DNA of 64,000 nt, from positions 30,720-94,719 of the forward strand of contig CAXHJY010001623.1 in the NCBI GenBank assembly GCA_964016885.1, written 5' to 3'. Every line of letters starts with the position of its first letter. Position 1 is the first letter of the stretch. Source of the stretch: Eledone cirrhosa (Eukaryota). Made by a program: the position numbers and the translations under genes. Shown here one piece after another: positions 37,245 to 52,720 of the stretch. The notes under the pieces were generated by a model. It was not told the DNA's origin. It saw nothing but the letters and a program-made list of their open reading frames with translations, and ran no database searches.

Positions 37245-37577
37245 ATCATCATCATCATTTCATTTTACGTCCACTTTTACCTGCTTGCAAGGGTGAGACG
37301 GGAACTGATTCTGGCTTGATCTCTACAGCTGGATGCCCTTCCGTAACACCAACCTCATTTACAGTGAGTGCTGGGTGCTTTTTCTCCGTGACACCTCCAC
37401 GACCACTTTGCAGTGGAATGAGAGGGAATCCAGTCCCTATCATCTCATTTCTACAGCTGAGTAAACTGGAGCAATGTGAAATAAAGTGTCTTGCTCAAGG
37501 AAACAACACATCACCCGGTCTGAGAATTGAACTCACATCCTTTCGATTGCCAGTCCATTGCTCTAAGCCATGTGATT

Positions 37578-37580
<3 letters not shown>
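37245..37580 (-). mobile_element. tRNA-derived SINE (type 2) with an RTE-like 3' tail
   Basis: A box tggcttag(tggtt)ag, B box gagttcaattc, core ccttgagcaagacactt; tail ggacgtaaaatg..gatgat shared with the RTE copies. Confidence 0.75.
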
Positions 37581-37637
<57 letters not shown>

Positions 37638-37669
37638 TATATAATATATAATAATTTCTATACTTATTC

Positions 37670-37733
<64 letters not shown>

Positions 37734-37805
37734 TAATCAATGTTTAGTAAATAATGAAAAAGTTTCAAAATAAATTTTAAAAAATTGACTTTACTTACTA
37801 TACTT

Positions 37806-37888
37806 ACCTTTACTGATGGGTTTCGAATCTCAAAAATAAACGGAAACCATACGGCCTTCGTTGCAAAGAAAGATTCTCGTCAGAAGGT
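37806..37888 (-). ncRNA. Type I hammerhead (stem III mutated)
   Basis: acctt CTGACGA gaatct..agattc GAAAcccatcaGTA aaggt. Confidence 0.65.
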
Positions 37889-38289
37889 TCTTTTCATTCG
37901 AAGAATATAAAATTCTTGAATTTAAATTACGAACTAGCGCTATCCAAAACTGTTCCCGAGATGATAGTGAATGAAGTGGAATCAAATTTTTCAAGGGCCG
38001 AAGTAAAGATAGAGTCAGAGGGAGGTAGGTCAAATCAGGCGCCACTATCACTAGCAGCAGTCGGAACGACCAAATTTTTTTCTCAACATAGAGGAGTATA
38101 GTAATAATAGGATATGTGTTCCTACACGCACAAGGCGCTAAGGGACGCATGTATTGTCCAACCAAATGCCAATGTGGTTCAATGGCAGGTTAATAAATTA
38201 ACGAGCCAGAACATATATAATCAAGGTTTAGCAAATAATGAAAAAGTTTCAAAATAAATTTTAAAAAATTGACTTTACCTACTATAGTT

Positions 38290-38372
38290 ACATTTACCGA
38301 TCGGTTTCGAATCTCAAAAATAAACGGAGACCATACGGCCTTCGTTGCAAAGAAAGATTCTCGTCAGAAGGT
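38290..38372 (-). ncRNA. Type I hammerhead (one stem I mismatch)
   Basis: acctt CTGACGA gaatct..agattc GAAAccgatcgGTA aatgt. Confidence 0.7.
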
Positions 38373-38460
38373 TCTTTTCATTCGAAGAATATAAAATTCT
38401 TGAATTTAATATATATGTATATATATATATATGTGTATATGCATACACAGACACACATGC

Positions 38461-38498
<38 letters not shown>

Positions 38499-38505
38499 AT
38501 GTATG

Positions 38506-38536
<31 letters not shown>

Positions 38537-38915
38537 ATGTATATATATATATATATATGTGTGTGTATATATATATATATGTGTGTGTATGTATATATAT
38601 ATATATACATAGATTGATATCTATCTTTACTGGTGACTCATCACAGACAAAGACTAAACTATACAAAGGTTTTTCAACTTACGTCAATGTAACAGATACA
38701 CACATACATATATATATATACATGTACACACACGTCAGGTATTTACATAGGTGCAATCACACACACATACACATATATATATATATACATGTACACACAT
38801 GTCAGGTATTTACATAGGTACAATCACACACACACACATATATATATATACATGTACACACATGTCAGGTATTTACACAGGTACAATCACACACACATCA
38901 ATGAAACAAAGGATA

Positions 38916-39810
38916 TTATAATCTATAAAGCTCAGTGTGGTCATGCTCCTTCGTTATAGAAATCTATGATATAGAATTTCTTCAATTGAAATCTACAATT
39001 CAGGATACAAAACATTTTCGATTGCGTCTTGACGCAGATAATTATTTCTATTTCACCCACAATTACGCAAAAAATAGATAAAACTCAATATTTTACGATT
39101 TTTCTCCCTCATTTAAACTGCTGAAACCTTTCTACTACCATTCAAAATCTATACAACTTCATATTTTCTGCTACTTTCTCTTTCCAAGCTTGATGGTGAT
39201 ACTGTCCGCTCACACCACTCCCTACTGTCTTAAATTTAGAAAACACATATCCTCTATGAGGTTACTAAACCTGCTAGAAACAGCAGCTAACTCTCCCCCA
39301 TATCACACCCCTCCCTACTGTCTTAAATTTAGAAAACATATCTTCTATGAGGTCACTAAACCTGCTAGAAACAGCAGCTAACTCTCCTCCATATCACACC
39401 ACTCCCTACTGTCTTAAATTTAGAAAACACATATCCTCTATGAGGTCATTAAAACTGCTAGAAACAACAGCTAACTCTCCCTCATATCACAACACTCCCT
39501 ACTGTCTTAAATTTAGAAAACGCACAGACAACCATGCAGAACAACTCCATCGCAGCTCTGTTGTTCGGCTGGCATCGTCTACGCGCGTGTTGCGCAAGTA
39601 CTGTGAAACAATAAATTTCAACACTTTTTTGCACAGAGATAATATCCATAGGCGAAACTACAATTGTCACTGCTGGCGCAGCTCCTGCTTCCAGGTCTGC
39701 AATTCATTCCCCCAGTGCCTGGCAGACAAAAAAGTGCTGCCATAAAATGGGTGGTGCAACCTAACTTTGGTAACTTAATGACCCCGAGCAATGCCGGGCT
39801 TTAATGCTAG
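38916..39810 (+). mobile_element. Non-autonomous Helitron with internal ~91-bp tandem repeats (copy 1)
   Basis: 3' hairpin cccgagcaatgccggg + CTAG|T. The 5' end is TT here but TC in the copies at 46002 and 57327. The empty A|T site is at ~34514. Confidence 0.85.
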
Positions 39811-39967
39811 TAATAGATAAAGATCATGTTTTAAATCTATCATGTTAAAACATTCAGTTAAATCTGGAAAGTCAAAGCTGGGAAAAATTACGGGAGGAAT
39901 CTAGAGATAAACTATCATATTTCCGCCCCAATTATTTCAGTCATTGCTAGTTGATTGTTTATGTATA

Positions 39968-40506
39968 CAAAGGGCTGGTGCTACCCTATAGGCAAAGTAG
40001 GCAGCTGCCTAGGGCACTGATTTCAAGTGGCACTGCCTAGGGCACTGATTTCAAGTGGCACTGCCTAGGGCACTGATTTCAAGTGGCACTGCCTAGGGTA
40101 CTGATTTCAAGTGGAGCTGGCTAGGGCACAGATTTCAAGTGGCACTGCCTAGGGCACTGATTTCAAGTGGCACTGCCTAGGGCACTGATTTCAAGTGGCA
40201 CTGCCTAGGGTACTGATTTCAAGTGGAGCTGGCTAGGGCACAGATTTCAAGTGGAGCTGCCTAGGGCACTGATTTCAAGTGGAGCTGCCTAGGGCACTTA
40301 TTTCAAGTGGGGCATTTCTCCAATTCAACAACTTAAAAAAATAAATAAATAGATATATTTCAGTTTTATTTCATACAGGGACAAATACATGGTGAAAATA
40401 TAAAACAAACATTTTTTTATTTATAAATTTTGAAATTGATATTTTCCTTTGAGGGTACCAGATTGTCAGCTTGCCTAGGGTGCCAGCTAGTCTGTCACCG
40501 ACCCTG
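39968..40506. mobile_element. MITE-like element with 28-bp minisatellite (~11 units)
   Basis: Inverted paralogue of 33933-34356. Confidence 0.6.
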
Positions 40507-40517
40507 TGTATGCATAT

Positions 40518-42604
40518 ATCATCTTCATCATTCAACGTCCATTTTCCACGCTAGCATGGGTTAGATGAGCTGTCATGTGAGCCATGTCAGAGGACCATGT
40601 TTTGCTCACACAGAACTGATTTTGGCTTCATTTCTATGTCTGGTTGTCCTAACGCCAACAACAATGTGTACTGGGTGCTTTTAGTCATGTTACAAACACG
40701 ACCACTTTACAGTGTCGATTGGGCACTTGCTGCTACATATTGCACCAGAGCACCGGCCACATATAAACACTTATATAGTGTTGTTTGGGGACTTGGGTGG
40801 GTGAAATGCATGGGGAATTGAAGAGGTAGATATAAGGGTGGGGTGACTACAACGTGGAAGGTCTATGGGATGTAAGGTGGTGCATACTAGATGTATGCCT
40901 CAGCCCCTTCATAGGGGAAGGTGGGTCTTCTGTATGACAGCATAGTGCCAGAGATCATGGTCCTGTGTCATATCCTTTGAGAGGTGCAATTGTGCAAGGT
41001 TAGCTTTTGTCACCCCATCCCAAGTCTTCTAACATCTCCATAGCTCCCTTCAACTTTGAGTGCTCTGCACTTTTTTATACAGCTGTCGTCTTTCATGCGC
41101 ATCATTTGACCATACCAACGTAGCCTTCTCTCGAGTAAACAACATCTGATCCCTCTTATTTCTAATTTTTCCCTTAGTTCGTTTATGCTTTGCCGTTCAC
41201 GTATATTACTATTTCACATCCAGCGGAGCATGCAAGCTTCGTTCCTATCCAGTCTGCGTATATCCTCTGCACACAATGCCCAGGTCTCACTGCCATGCAA
41301 CATTGCTGTTTGTATGCAGGCATCGTACAGCCTGCCTTTATTTTTAATTTTTAGGGAGAACCCTTTAGCGGCTAATAGTATAAGCTCTCTGAACTTTTTC
41401 CATCCAGTTCTGACTCTAGCTACTGTACTTTCAGAGCACCCTCCCCCACTGCTGATTTTGTCACCCAGGTAATGGAAACTGTCCACTATTTCTATAGAGC
41501 CATCTGTGTAATGGAATGAGCTAGTATTCTGAGGGCACTTGCTGCTACTTATTGCACCAGAGCACCGGCCACATATAAAATCTATGTTCTTAGTTAGCTT
41601 ACTTGTGATCCCACTACATTTTTCATGCATCCATACTTTTCATTTTGGATATAAAATGGAGTTTCTACCTACTCCTTTCCTACACACTGAGCATGGCCAT
41701 TTCCCAGATGGGAGCGGCGCCCTATTTTCCTTCCTACAAACTAGAACTTTAGTCTTAGATAGGTTAATTTTAAGGCCTTTTGATTCTAGGCCATGCTTCC
41801 ATGTTTGGAATTTCTTCTCTAGTTCGGCCATTGATTCAGCTATGAGTGTTAGATCATCTGCATATAGGAGTTCCCATGGGCAGCCGGTCTTCAACTCCAC
41901 TGTTATAGCCTGAAGGGCAATAATAAATAGTAGGGGGCTAAGAACGGAGCCCTGATGAACACCAACTTTTATGCTAAACTCTTCACTATATTCGTTGTTA
42001 ATTCTAACCTTGCTGACTGTTTCTTTATACATGGCTTGTTTAGCTCTCACATAAGAGCCCACCAGATAATGAAACGGGGGACTCTGTCGAAGGCTTTCTC
42101 CAAGTCGACAAAAGCTCAGTATAGGGGTTTACCTTTAGCTAGGTACTTCACCTGTAGTTGTCGTACAATGAAAAGAGCGTCTGTGGTACTTTTGCCAGAC
42201 ACAAACCCGAACTGCATTTAATCTAGATCAATTCTCTCTCTGATTAGTTGCGCTATTACTTTTTCTGTGACCTTCATGACCTGGTCGATTAATTTAATGC
42301 CTCTTTAGTTACCCCTATCTAGGGCATCTCCTTTACCCTTGTAGCAGTTAATGATGATGCTGCTACGCCAGTCCTTCGGAACAACCTCATTCTGTATGAC
42401 TTGGTTTACTATCCGGGTGACCATGGCATGTCCCACCGTACCAGAATCTTTCAACATTTCAGCAACTATTTCCGAAGGCCCAGCCGCCTTACCCGTCTTC
42501 ATGTCTTTGATTGCCTTACTTATTATACTACCTTCGACTAACACTGCTGGTCCCTCTATTGGGTCGATGTGGGGGAGACTGTCTTTCTCCCATTTATTCT
42601 CCTA
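40518..42604 (-). mobile_element. Chimeric RTE LINE (amplified unit 1)
   Basis: The 3' part matches the reverse complement of 33370-33921. The remainder matches 35520-37059-type sequence. Confidence 0.88.
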
Positions 42605-42609
42605 TAGAT

Positions 42610-43131
42610 ATATAATTGTTTCTACTTTTGGCACAAGGCCAGCAATTATCCCAGTGTATTACTGGTACTTTATTCTATCGACCCCGTAAGGATGAAAGGC
42701 AAAGTTAACCTTGACAGGATTTGAACTCAGACCATAAAGGGAGGTAACTATGCTGGAAAGCATGGCGTCCAACCCTCTACCGATAATATATCATCATCAT
42801 CATTTCATTTTACGTCCACTTTTACCTGCTTGCAAGGGTGAGACGGGAACTGATTCTGGCTTGATCTCTACAGCTGGATGCCCTTCCATAACACCAACCT
42901 CATTTACAGTGAGTGCTGGGTGCTTTTTCTCCGTGACACCTCCACGACCACTTTGCAGTGGAATGAGAGGGACTCCAGTCCCTATCATCTCATTTCTACA
43001 GCTGAGTAAACTGGAGCAATGTGAAATAAAGTGTCTTGCTCAAGGAAACAACACATCACCCGGTCTGAGAATTGAACTCACAACCTTTCGATTGCCAGTC
43101 GATTGCTCTAACCACTAAGCCATGTGCCTCC
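42610..43131 (-). mobile_element. SINE pair (copy of 37065-37580)
   Basis: Near-identical sequence with an intact A box tggcttagtggttagagc. Confidence 0.75.
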
Positions 43132-43342
43132 ATGTATATATATATAATATATATATATAATATATAATAATTTCTATACTTTTTCATTGATATAATATAT
43201 ATATATATAATATATACGTATATATATATATATGTGTGTATATGCATACACAGACACACATGCATATATATATATATATGTGTGTGTGTGTATGTATATA
43301 TATATATGTGTGTATGTATATATATATATGTGTGTGTGTATG

Positions 43343-43375
<33 letters not shown>

Positions 43376-43378
<3 letters not shown>

Positions 43379-44678
43379 ATTGAGGTTGGTAATGGCACAT
43401 GGAATATATAAGAGACAGAATACTTTTTTGTGAAAAAACATAATTTTATAAGGTAAGGAAATAATAAAGGGTATAAAAAATGACCGGTTTCGATGGGTCT
43501 GCAAAAGCCATCTTTTCAAATGTTGATTAATATTAAGAAAAATGAAGTCTATTCTTGAAACACACAAGATCCTTAAAAGTAAAAGACAACCCAAATCACT
43601 TAAACGCATTCTCACTGGACCAAATATACCCAAACCAATCCTCAACCCTACAGTTACCAAATGTGGTAGAACAAACTGTGGAACGTGCCTCTACCTCACT
43701 GAAGGACAAACATTTACATTTAAAGATGGCTAAACATTTACAGTAAAAAACAATTTCACCTGCAACTCGGAGAACTTGATTTACGCAATAACTTGCGGTG
43801 GGTGCAAACACAACTACATAGGACAGACGGGCACCTCATTACGCAAAAGAATGACCATCCACCGCCAACAAATCCGGGACGCTAACACAAGAAAAATCCC
43901 CTTGAGCAGCCATATTGCGAACTGCGCAGGAATGACACTACCCAACTTTAAAATCTTCCCCTTCTACAAGTGCTCAGATTCGTTCACACAGCAACAAAGA
44001 ATAAACAAAGAAAATCTATTCCTCAACAAATTTAAACCAAAACTAAACGGGTCATCACCCCAATAGAATTGTCATAAAATATAAACACACATACGCACGG
44101 AATCACTACTATTAAAGACCAGAGACCAATTCTGTAGAATCAGGTTTATTCATTGACAGACCATGCCTTTGTGTGACCAACACATCCATGTTAAACCCTG
44201 CACGTGCACACACATATATCTATATATATATGCGCACACAGAATTCACCACTGTCGGTTGCGGGGCCCAATCTACATGAAGAACTCAATGTGATCAGAAT
44301 GACTTGTATTTTAATTTCACTGCCCCAACTTCTTATATTATGGAAAAAATATATGTGTCTGTATGTATATATATATATATATATTTGAAGGCCATTTCTC
44401 TGTGTGGGTGTATGTATGTGTATATGTGTGTGTGTGTGTGCATGTGGATGTATGTATTGTGTGTGCGTGTGTGTGTGTGTGTGTGTATGTATGTGGGTAT
44501 CTGGATGTATGCGTATGTGTATATATATATATATATATGCGTGTGTGTGTGTGTGTATATATATATGTGTGTGTATGTGTGTATATATATGTGTGGGTGT
44601 GTTTATGTTTGTATGTGTGTATGTATATATATATGTGTGTGTGTGTGTATATATATAGGTGTGTGTATGTATGTGTGG

Positions 44679-44714
<36 letters not shown>

Positions 44715-44717
44715 GTG

Positions 44718-44752
<35 letters not shown>

Positions 44753-44791
44753 ATGTATGTGTGTATCTGGATGTATGTGTATGTATATATA

Positions 44792-44826
<35 letters not shown>

Positions 44827-45476
44827 GTGTGTGTGTATGTGTATATATGTGTGTGTGTGTATGTGTGTATGTATATGTATGTGTGTGTGTATGTATGTGT
44901 GTATATGTATATATATGTATATATATATATGTATATGTATATGTATGTATGTGTGGATGAAGGTATGTGTGTATATATAGGTGTAAGTGCACTAAATCCC
45001 TTTCTATCACGCTCCACTCTCCTACCCATCACAGGAAGATATGTGTATGTATATTGCTTCCACCCCCTCACTGACCAGCAGCTGGCCAGTTGGTGATTGC
45101 TAAATCTGACCTTTATAAAATAACCCACACCCCAAATAACTTCTCATTCACTACCAGAAAGGGACACAGCAGTCAACCTGTTGTTGCTACCTAGATGAAA
45201 ACTGCTATGAAATCCCACAATGAATTTTATACTTGAATTTTCAAGTCTCAAATTTTAACTCTTCGTATTATTAATTTTTCTTAATATTAATCAACATTTG
45301 AAAAGATGGCTTTTGCAGACCCATCGAAACCGGTCATTTTTTATACCCTTTATTATTTCCTTACCTTATAAAATTATGTTTTTTCACAAAAAAGTATTCT
45401 GTCTCTTATATATTCCATGTGCCATTACCAACCTCAATTTTCTCTATAACCTTCGTTTTGTGTAGAAAATTACACT

Positions 45477-45481
<5 letters not shown>
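43376..45481 (+). mobile_element. 5'-truncated Penelope-like element with an inverted terminal pLTR copy
   Basis: GIY-YIG remnant at 43542-44066. 43376-43542 is the reverse complement of ~45276-45443, which holds a decayed HHR (ttgaaaa gatgg..ccatc GAAACCGGTC). Confidence 0.85.
43542..44066 (+). pseudogene. Penelope linker zinc knuckle + GIY-YIG endonuclease (one in-frame TAA at 43731)
   Basis: KRQPKSLKRIL..KCGRTNCGTC..FTCNSENLIYAITCGGCKHNYIGQTGTSLRKRMTIHRQQI..KFKPKLN. Confidence 0.88.
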
Positions 45482-45557
<76 letters not shown>

Positions 45558-46001
45558 GATTGATATCTATCTTTACTGGTGACTCATCACAGACAAAGAC
45601 TAAACTATACAAAGGTTTTTCAACTTACGTCAATGTAACAGATACACACATACATACATATATATATATATATACATGTACACACACGTCAGGTATTTAC
45701 ATAGGTGCAATCACACACACACACACATATATATATACATGTACACACACGGCAGGTATTTACATAGGTGCAATCACACACACACACATATATATATATA
45801 TATACATGAACACACATGTCAGGTATTTACATAGGTACAATCACACACACACACATATATATATATATATACATGTACACACATGTCAGGTATTTACACA
45901 GGTACAATCACACACACACACATATATATATATATACATGTACACACATGTCAGGTATTTACACAGGTACAATCACACACACATCAATGAAACAAAGGAT
46001 A

Positions 46002-46989
46002 TCATAATCTATAAAGCTCAGTGTGGGGTCATGCCCCTTCGTTATAGAAATCTACGATATAGAGTTTCTTCAATTGAAATCTACAATTCAGGGTACAAAA
46101 CATTTTCGATTGCGTCTTGACGCAGATAATTATTTCTATTTCACCCACAATTACGCAAAAAATAGATAAAACTCAATATTTTACGATTTTTCTCTCTCAT
46201 TTAAACTGCTGAAACCTTTCTACTACCATTCAAAATCTATACAACTTCATATTTTCTGCTACTTTCTCTTTCCAAGCTTGATGGTGATACTGTCCGCTCA
46301 CACCACTCCCTACTGTCTTAAATTTAGAAAACACATATCCTCTATGAGGTTACTAAACCTGCTAGAAACAGCAGCTAACTCTCCCCCATATCACACCCCT
46401 CCCTACTGTCTTAAATTTAGAAAACATATCTTCTATGAGGTCACTAAACCTGCTAGAAACAGCAGCTAACTCTCCTCCATATCACACCACTCCCTACTGT
46501 CTTAAATTTAGAAAATATATCTTCTATGAGGTCACTAAACCTGCTAGAAACAGCAGCTAACTCTCCTCCATATCACACCACACTCTACTGTCTTAAATTT
46601 AGAAAACACATATCCTCTATGAGGTCATTAAAACTGCTAGAAACAACAGCTAACTCTACCTCATATCACAACACTCCCTACTGTCTTAAATTTAGAAAAC
46701 GCACAGACAACCATGCAGAACAAGTCCATCGCAGCTCTGGTGTTCGGCTGGCATCGTCTACGCGCGTGTTGCGCAAGTACTGTGAAACAATAAATTTCAA
46801 CACTTTTTTGCACAGAGATAGTATACATAGGCGAAACTACAATTGTCACTGCTGGCGCAGGTCCTGCTTCCAGGTCTGCAATTCATTCCCCCAGTGCCTG
46901 GCAGACAAAAAAGTGCTGCCATAAAATGGGTGGTGCAACCTAACTTTGGTAACTTAATGACCCCGAGCAATGCCGGGCTTTAATGCTAG
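46002..46989 (+). mobile_element. Non-autonomous Helitron (copy 2, one extra 91-bp unit)
   Basis: A|TCataatctataaag ... ccccgagcaatgccgggctttaatgCTAG|T. Confidence 0.88.
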
Positions 46990-47146
46990 TAATAGATAAA
47001 GATCATGTTTTAAATCTATCATGTTAAAACATTCAGTTAAATCTGGAAAGTCAAAGCTGGGAAAAATTACGGGAGGAATCTAGAGATAAACTATCATATT
47101 TCCGCCCCAATTATTTCAGTCATTGCTAGTTGATTGTTTATGTATA

Positions 47147-47713
47147 CAAAGGGCTGGTGCTACCCTATAGGCAAAGTAGGCAGCTGCCTAGGGCACTGAT
47201 TTCAAGTGGCACTGCCTAGGGCACTGATTTCAAGTGGCACTGCCTAGGGTACTGATTTCAAGTGGAGCTGGCTAGGGCACAGATTTCAAGTGGCACTGCC
47301 TAGGGCACTGATTTCAAGTGGCACTGCCTAGGGTACTGATTTCAAGTGGAGCTGGCTAGGGCACTGATTTCAAGTGGCACTGCCTAGGGCACTGATTTCA
47401 AGGGGCACTGCCTAGGGCACTGATTTCAAGTGGCACTGCCTAGGGTACTGATTTCAAGTGGCGCTGCCTAGGGCACTGATTTCAAGTGGAGCTGCCTAGG
47501 GCACTTATTTCAAGTGGGGCATTTCTCCAATTCAACAATTTAAAAAAATAAATAAATAGATATATTTCACTTTTATATCATACAGGGACAAATACATGGT
47601 GAAAATATAAAACAAACATTTTTTTATTTATAAATTTTGAAATTGATATTTTCCTTTGAGGGTACCAGATTGTCAGCTTGCCTAGGGTGCCGGGTAGTCT
47701 GTCACCGACCCTG
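47147..47713. mobile_element. MITE-like element with 28-bp minisatellite (~12 units)
   Basis: Paralogue of 39968-40506. Confidence 0.6.
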
Positions 47714-47724
47714 TGTATGCATAT

Positions 47725-50418
<2,694 letters not shown>

Positions 50419-50490
50419 TAATCAATGTTTAGTAAATAATGAAAAAGTTTCAAAATAAATTTTAAAAAATTGACTTTACTTACTATACTT

Positions 50491-50573
50491 ACCTTTACCG
50501 ATGGGTTTCGAATCTCAAAAATAAACGGAGACCATACGGCCTTCGTTGTAAAGAAAGATTCTCGTCAGAAGGT
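50491..50573 (-). ncRNA. Type I hammerhead (solo copy, all three stems pair)
   Basis: acctt CTGACGA gaatct..agattc GAAAcccatcgGTA aaggt. Confidence 0.75.
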
Positions 50574-50661
50574 TCTTTTCATTCGAAGAATATAAAATTC
50601 TTGAATTTAATATATATGTATATATATATATATGTGTATATGCATACACAGACACACATGC

Positions 50662-50699
<38 letters not shown>

Positions 50700-50706
50700 A
50701 TGTATG

Positions 50707-50737
<31 letters not shown>

Positions 50738-51116
50738 ATGTATATATATATATATATATGTGTGTGTATATATATATATATGTGTGTGTATTTATATATA
50801 TATATATACATAGATTGATATCTATCTTTACTGGTGACTCATCACAGACAAAGACTAAACTATACAAAGGTTTTTCAACTTACGTCAATGTAACAGATAC
50901 ACACATACATATATATATATACATGTACACACACGTCAGGTATTTACATAGGTGCAATCACACACACATACACATATATATATATATACATGTACACAAA
51001 TGTCAGGTATTTACATAGGTACAATCACACACACACACATATATATATATACATGTACACACATGTCAGGTATTTACACAGGTACAATCACACACACATC
51101 AATGAAACAAAGGATA

Positions 51117-52013
51117 TTATAATCTATAAAGCTCAGTGTGTGGTCATGCTCCTTCGTTATAGAAATCTATGATATAGAATTTCTTCAATTGAAATCTACA
51201 ATTCAGGATACAAAACATTTTCGATTGCGTCTTGACGCAGATAATTATTTCTATTTCACCCACAATTACGCAAAAAATAGATAAAACTCAATATTTTACG
51301 ATTTTTCTCCCTCATTTAAACTGCTGAAACCTTTCTACTACCATTCAAAATCTATACAACTTCATATTTTCTGCTACTTTCTCTTTCCAAGCTTGATGGT
51401 GATACTGTCCGCTCACACCACTCCCTACTGTCTTAAATTTAGAAAACACATATCCTCTATGAGGTTACTAAACCTGCTAGAAACAGCAGCTAACTCTCCC
51501 CCATATCACACCCCTCCCTACTGTCTTAAATTTAGAAAACATATCTTCTATGAGGTCACTAAACCTGCTAGAAACAGCAGCTAACTCTCCTCCATATCAC
51601 ACCACTCCCTACTGTCTTAAATTTAGAAAACACATATCCTCTATGAGGTCATTAAAACTGCTAGAAACAACAGCTAACTCTCCCTCATATCACAACACTC
51701 CCTACTGTCTTAAATTTAGAAAACGCACAGACAACCATGCAGAACAACTCCATCGCAGCTCTGTTGTTCGGCTGGCATCGTCTACGCGCGTGTTGCGCAA
51801 GTACTGTGAAACAATAAATTTCAACACTTTTTTGCACAGAGATAATATCCATAGGCGAAACTACAATTGTCACTGCTGGCGCAGCTCCTGCTTCCAGGTC
51901 TGCAATTCATTCCCCCAGTGCCTGGCAGACAAAAAAGTGCTGCCATAAAATGGGTGGTGCAACCTAACTTTGGTAACTTAATGACCCCGAGCAATGCCGG
52001 GCTTTAATGCTAG
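51117..52013 (+). mobile_element. Non-autonomous Helitron (copy 3)
   Basis: Near-identical to 38916-39810 (offset ~12202). Confidence 0.85.
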
Positions 52014-52170
52014 TAATAGATAAAGATCATGTTTTAAATCTATCATGTTAAAACATTCAGTTAAATCTGGAAAGTCAAAGCTGGGAAAAATTACGGGAGG
52101 AATCTAGAGATAAACTATCATATTTCCGCCCCAATTATTTCAGTCATTGCTAGTTGATTGTTTATGTATA

Positions 52171-52709
52171 CAAAGGGCTGGTGCTACCCTATAGGCAAAG
52201 TAGGCAGCTGCCTAGGGCACTGATTTCAAGTGGCACTGCCTAGGGCACTGATTTCAAGTGGCACTGCCTAGGGCACTGATTTCAAGTGGCACTGCCTAGG
52301 GTACTGATTTCAAGTGGAGCTGGCTAGGGCACAGATTTCAAGTGGCACTGCCTAGGGCACTGATTTCAAGTGGCACTGCCTAGGGCACTGATTTCAAGTG
52401 GCACTGCCTAGGGTACTGATTTCAAGTGGAGCTGGCTAGGGCACAGATTTCAAGTGGAGCTGCCTAGGGCACTGATTTCAAGTGGAGCTGCCTAGGGCAC
52501 TTATTTCAAGTGGGGCATTTCTCCAATTCAACAACTTAAAAAAATAAATAAATAGATATATTTCAGTTTTATTTCATACAGAGACAAATACATGGTGAAA
52601 ATATAAAACAAACATTTTTTTATTTATAAATTTTGAAATTGATATTTTCCTTTGAGGGTACCAGATTGTCAGCTTGCCTAGGGTGCCGGGTAGTCTGTCA
52701 CCGACCCTG
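52171..52709. mobile_element. MITE-like element with 28-bp minisatellite (~11 units)
   Basis: Paralogue of 39968-40506. Confidence 0.6.
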
Positions 52710-52720
52710 TGTATGCATAT

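Larger units (their letters stand above)
37730..38409 (-). mobile_element. HHR-bounded direct repeat (two ~195-bp repeats, period 484 bp); retrozyme-like or Penelope pLTR remnant
   Basis: 37730-37925 is similar to 38214-38409, and each repeat holds an HHR on the minus strand. Confidence 0.7.

Noticed and set aside
39347-39745. 132-aa ORF repeated three times
   Set aside because: It lies in a non-autonomous Helitron, is built partly from tandem repeats and has no recognisable domain; the recurrence is due to segmental duplication.
40008-40312. CRISPR-like 28-bp repeats (also the 91-bp repeats in the Helitron)
   Set aside because: Head-to-tail units with no unique spacers, no cas genes, and a eukaryotic context.
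43060-43131. tRNA gene
   Set aside because: A and B boxes are present, but the sequence continues into a SINE core and RTE-like tail without a full cloverleaf.
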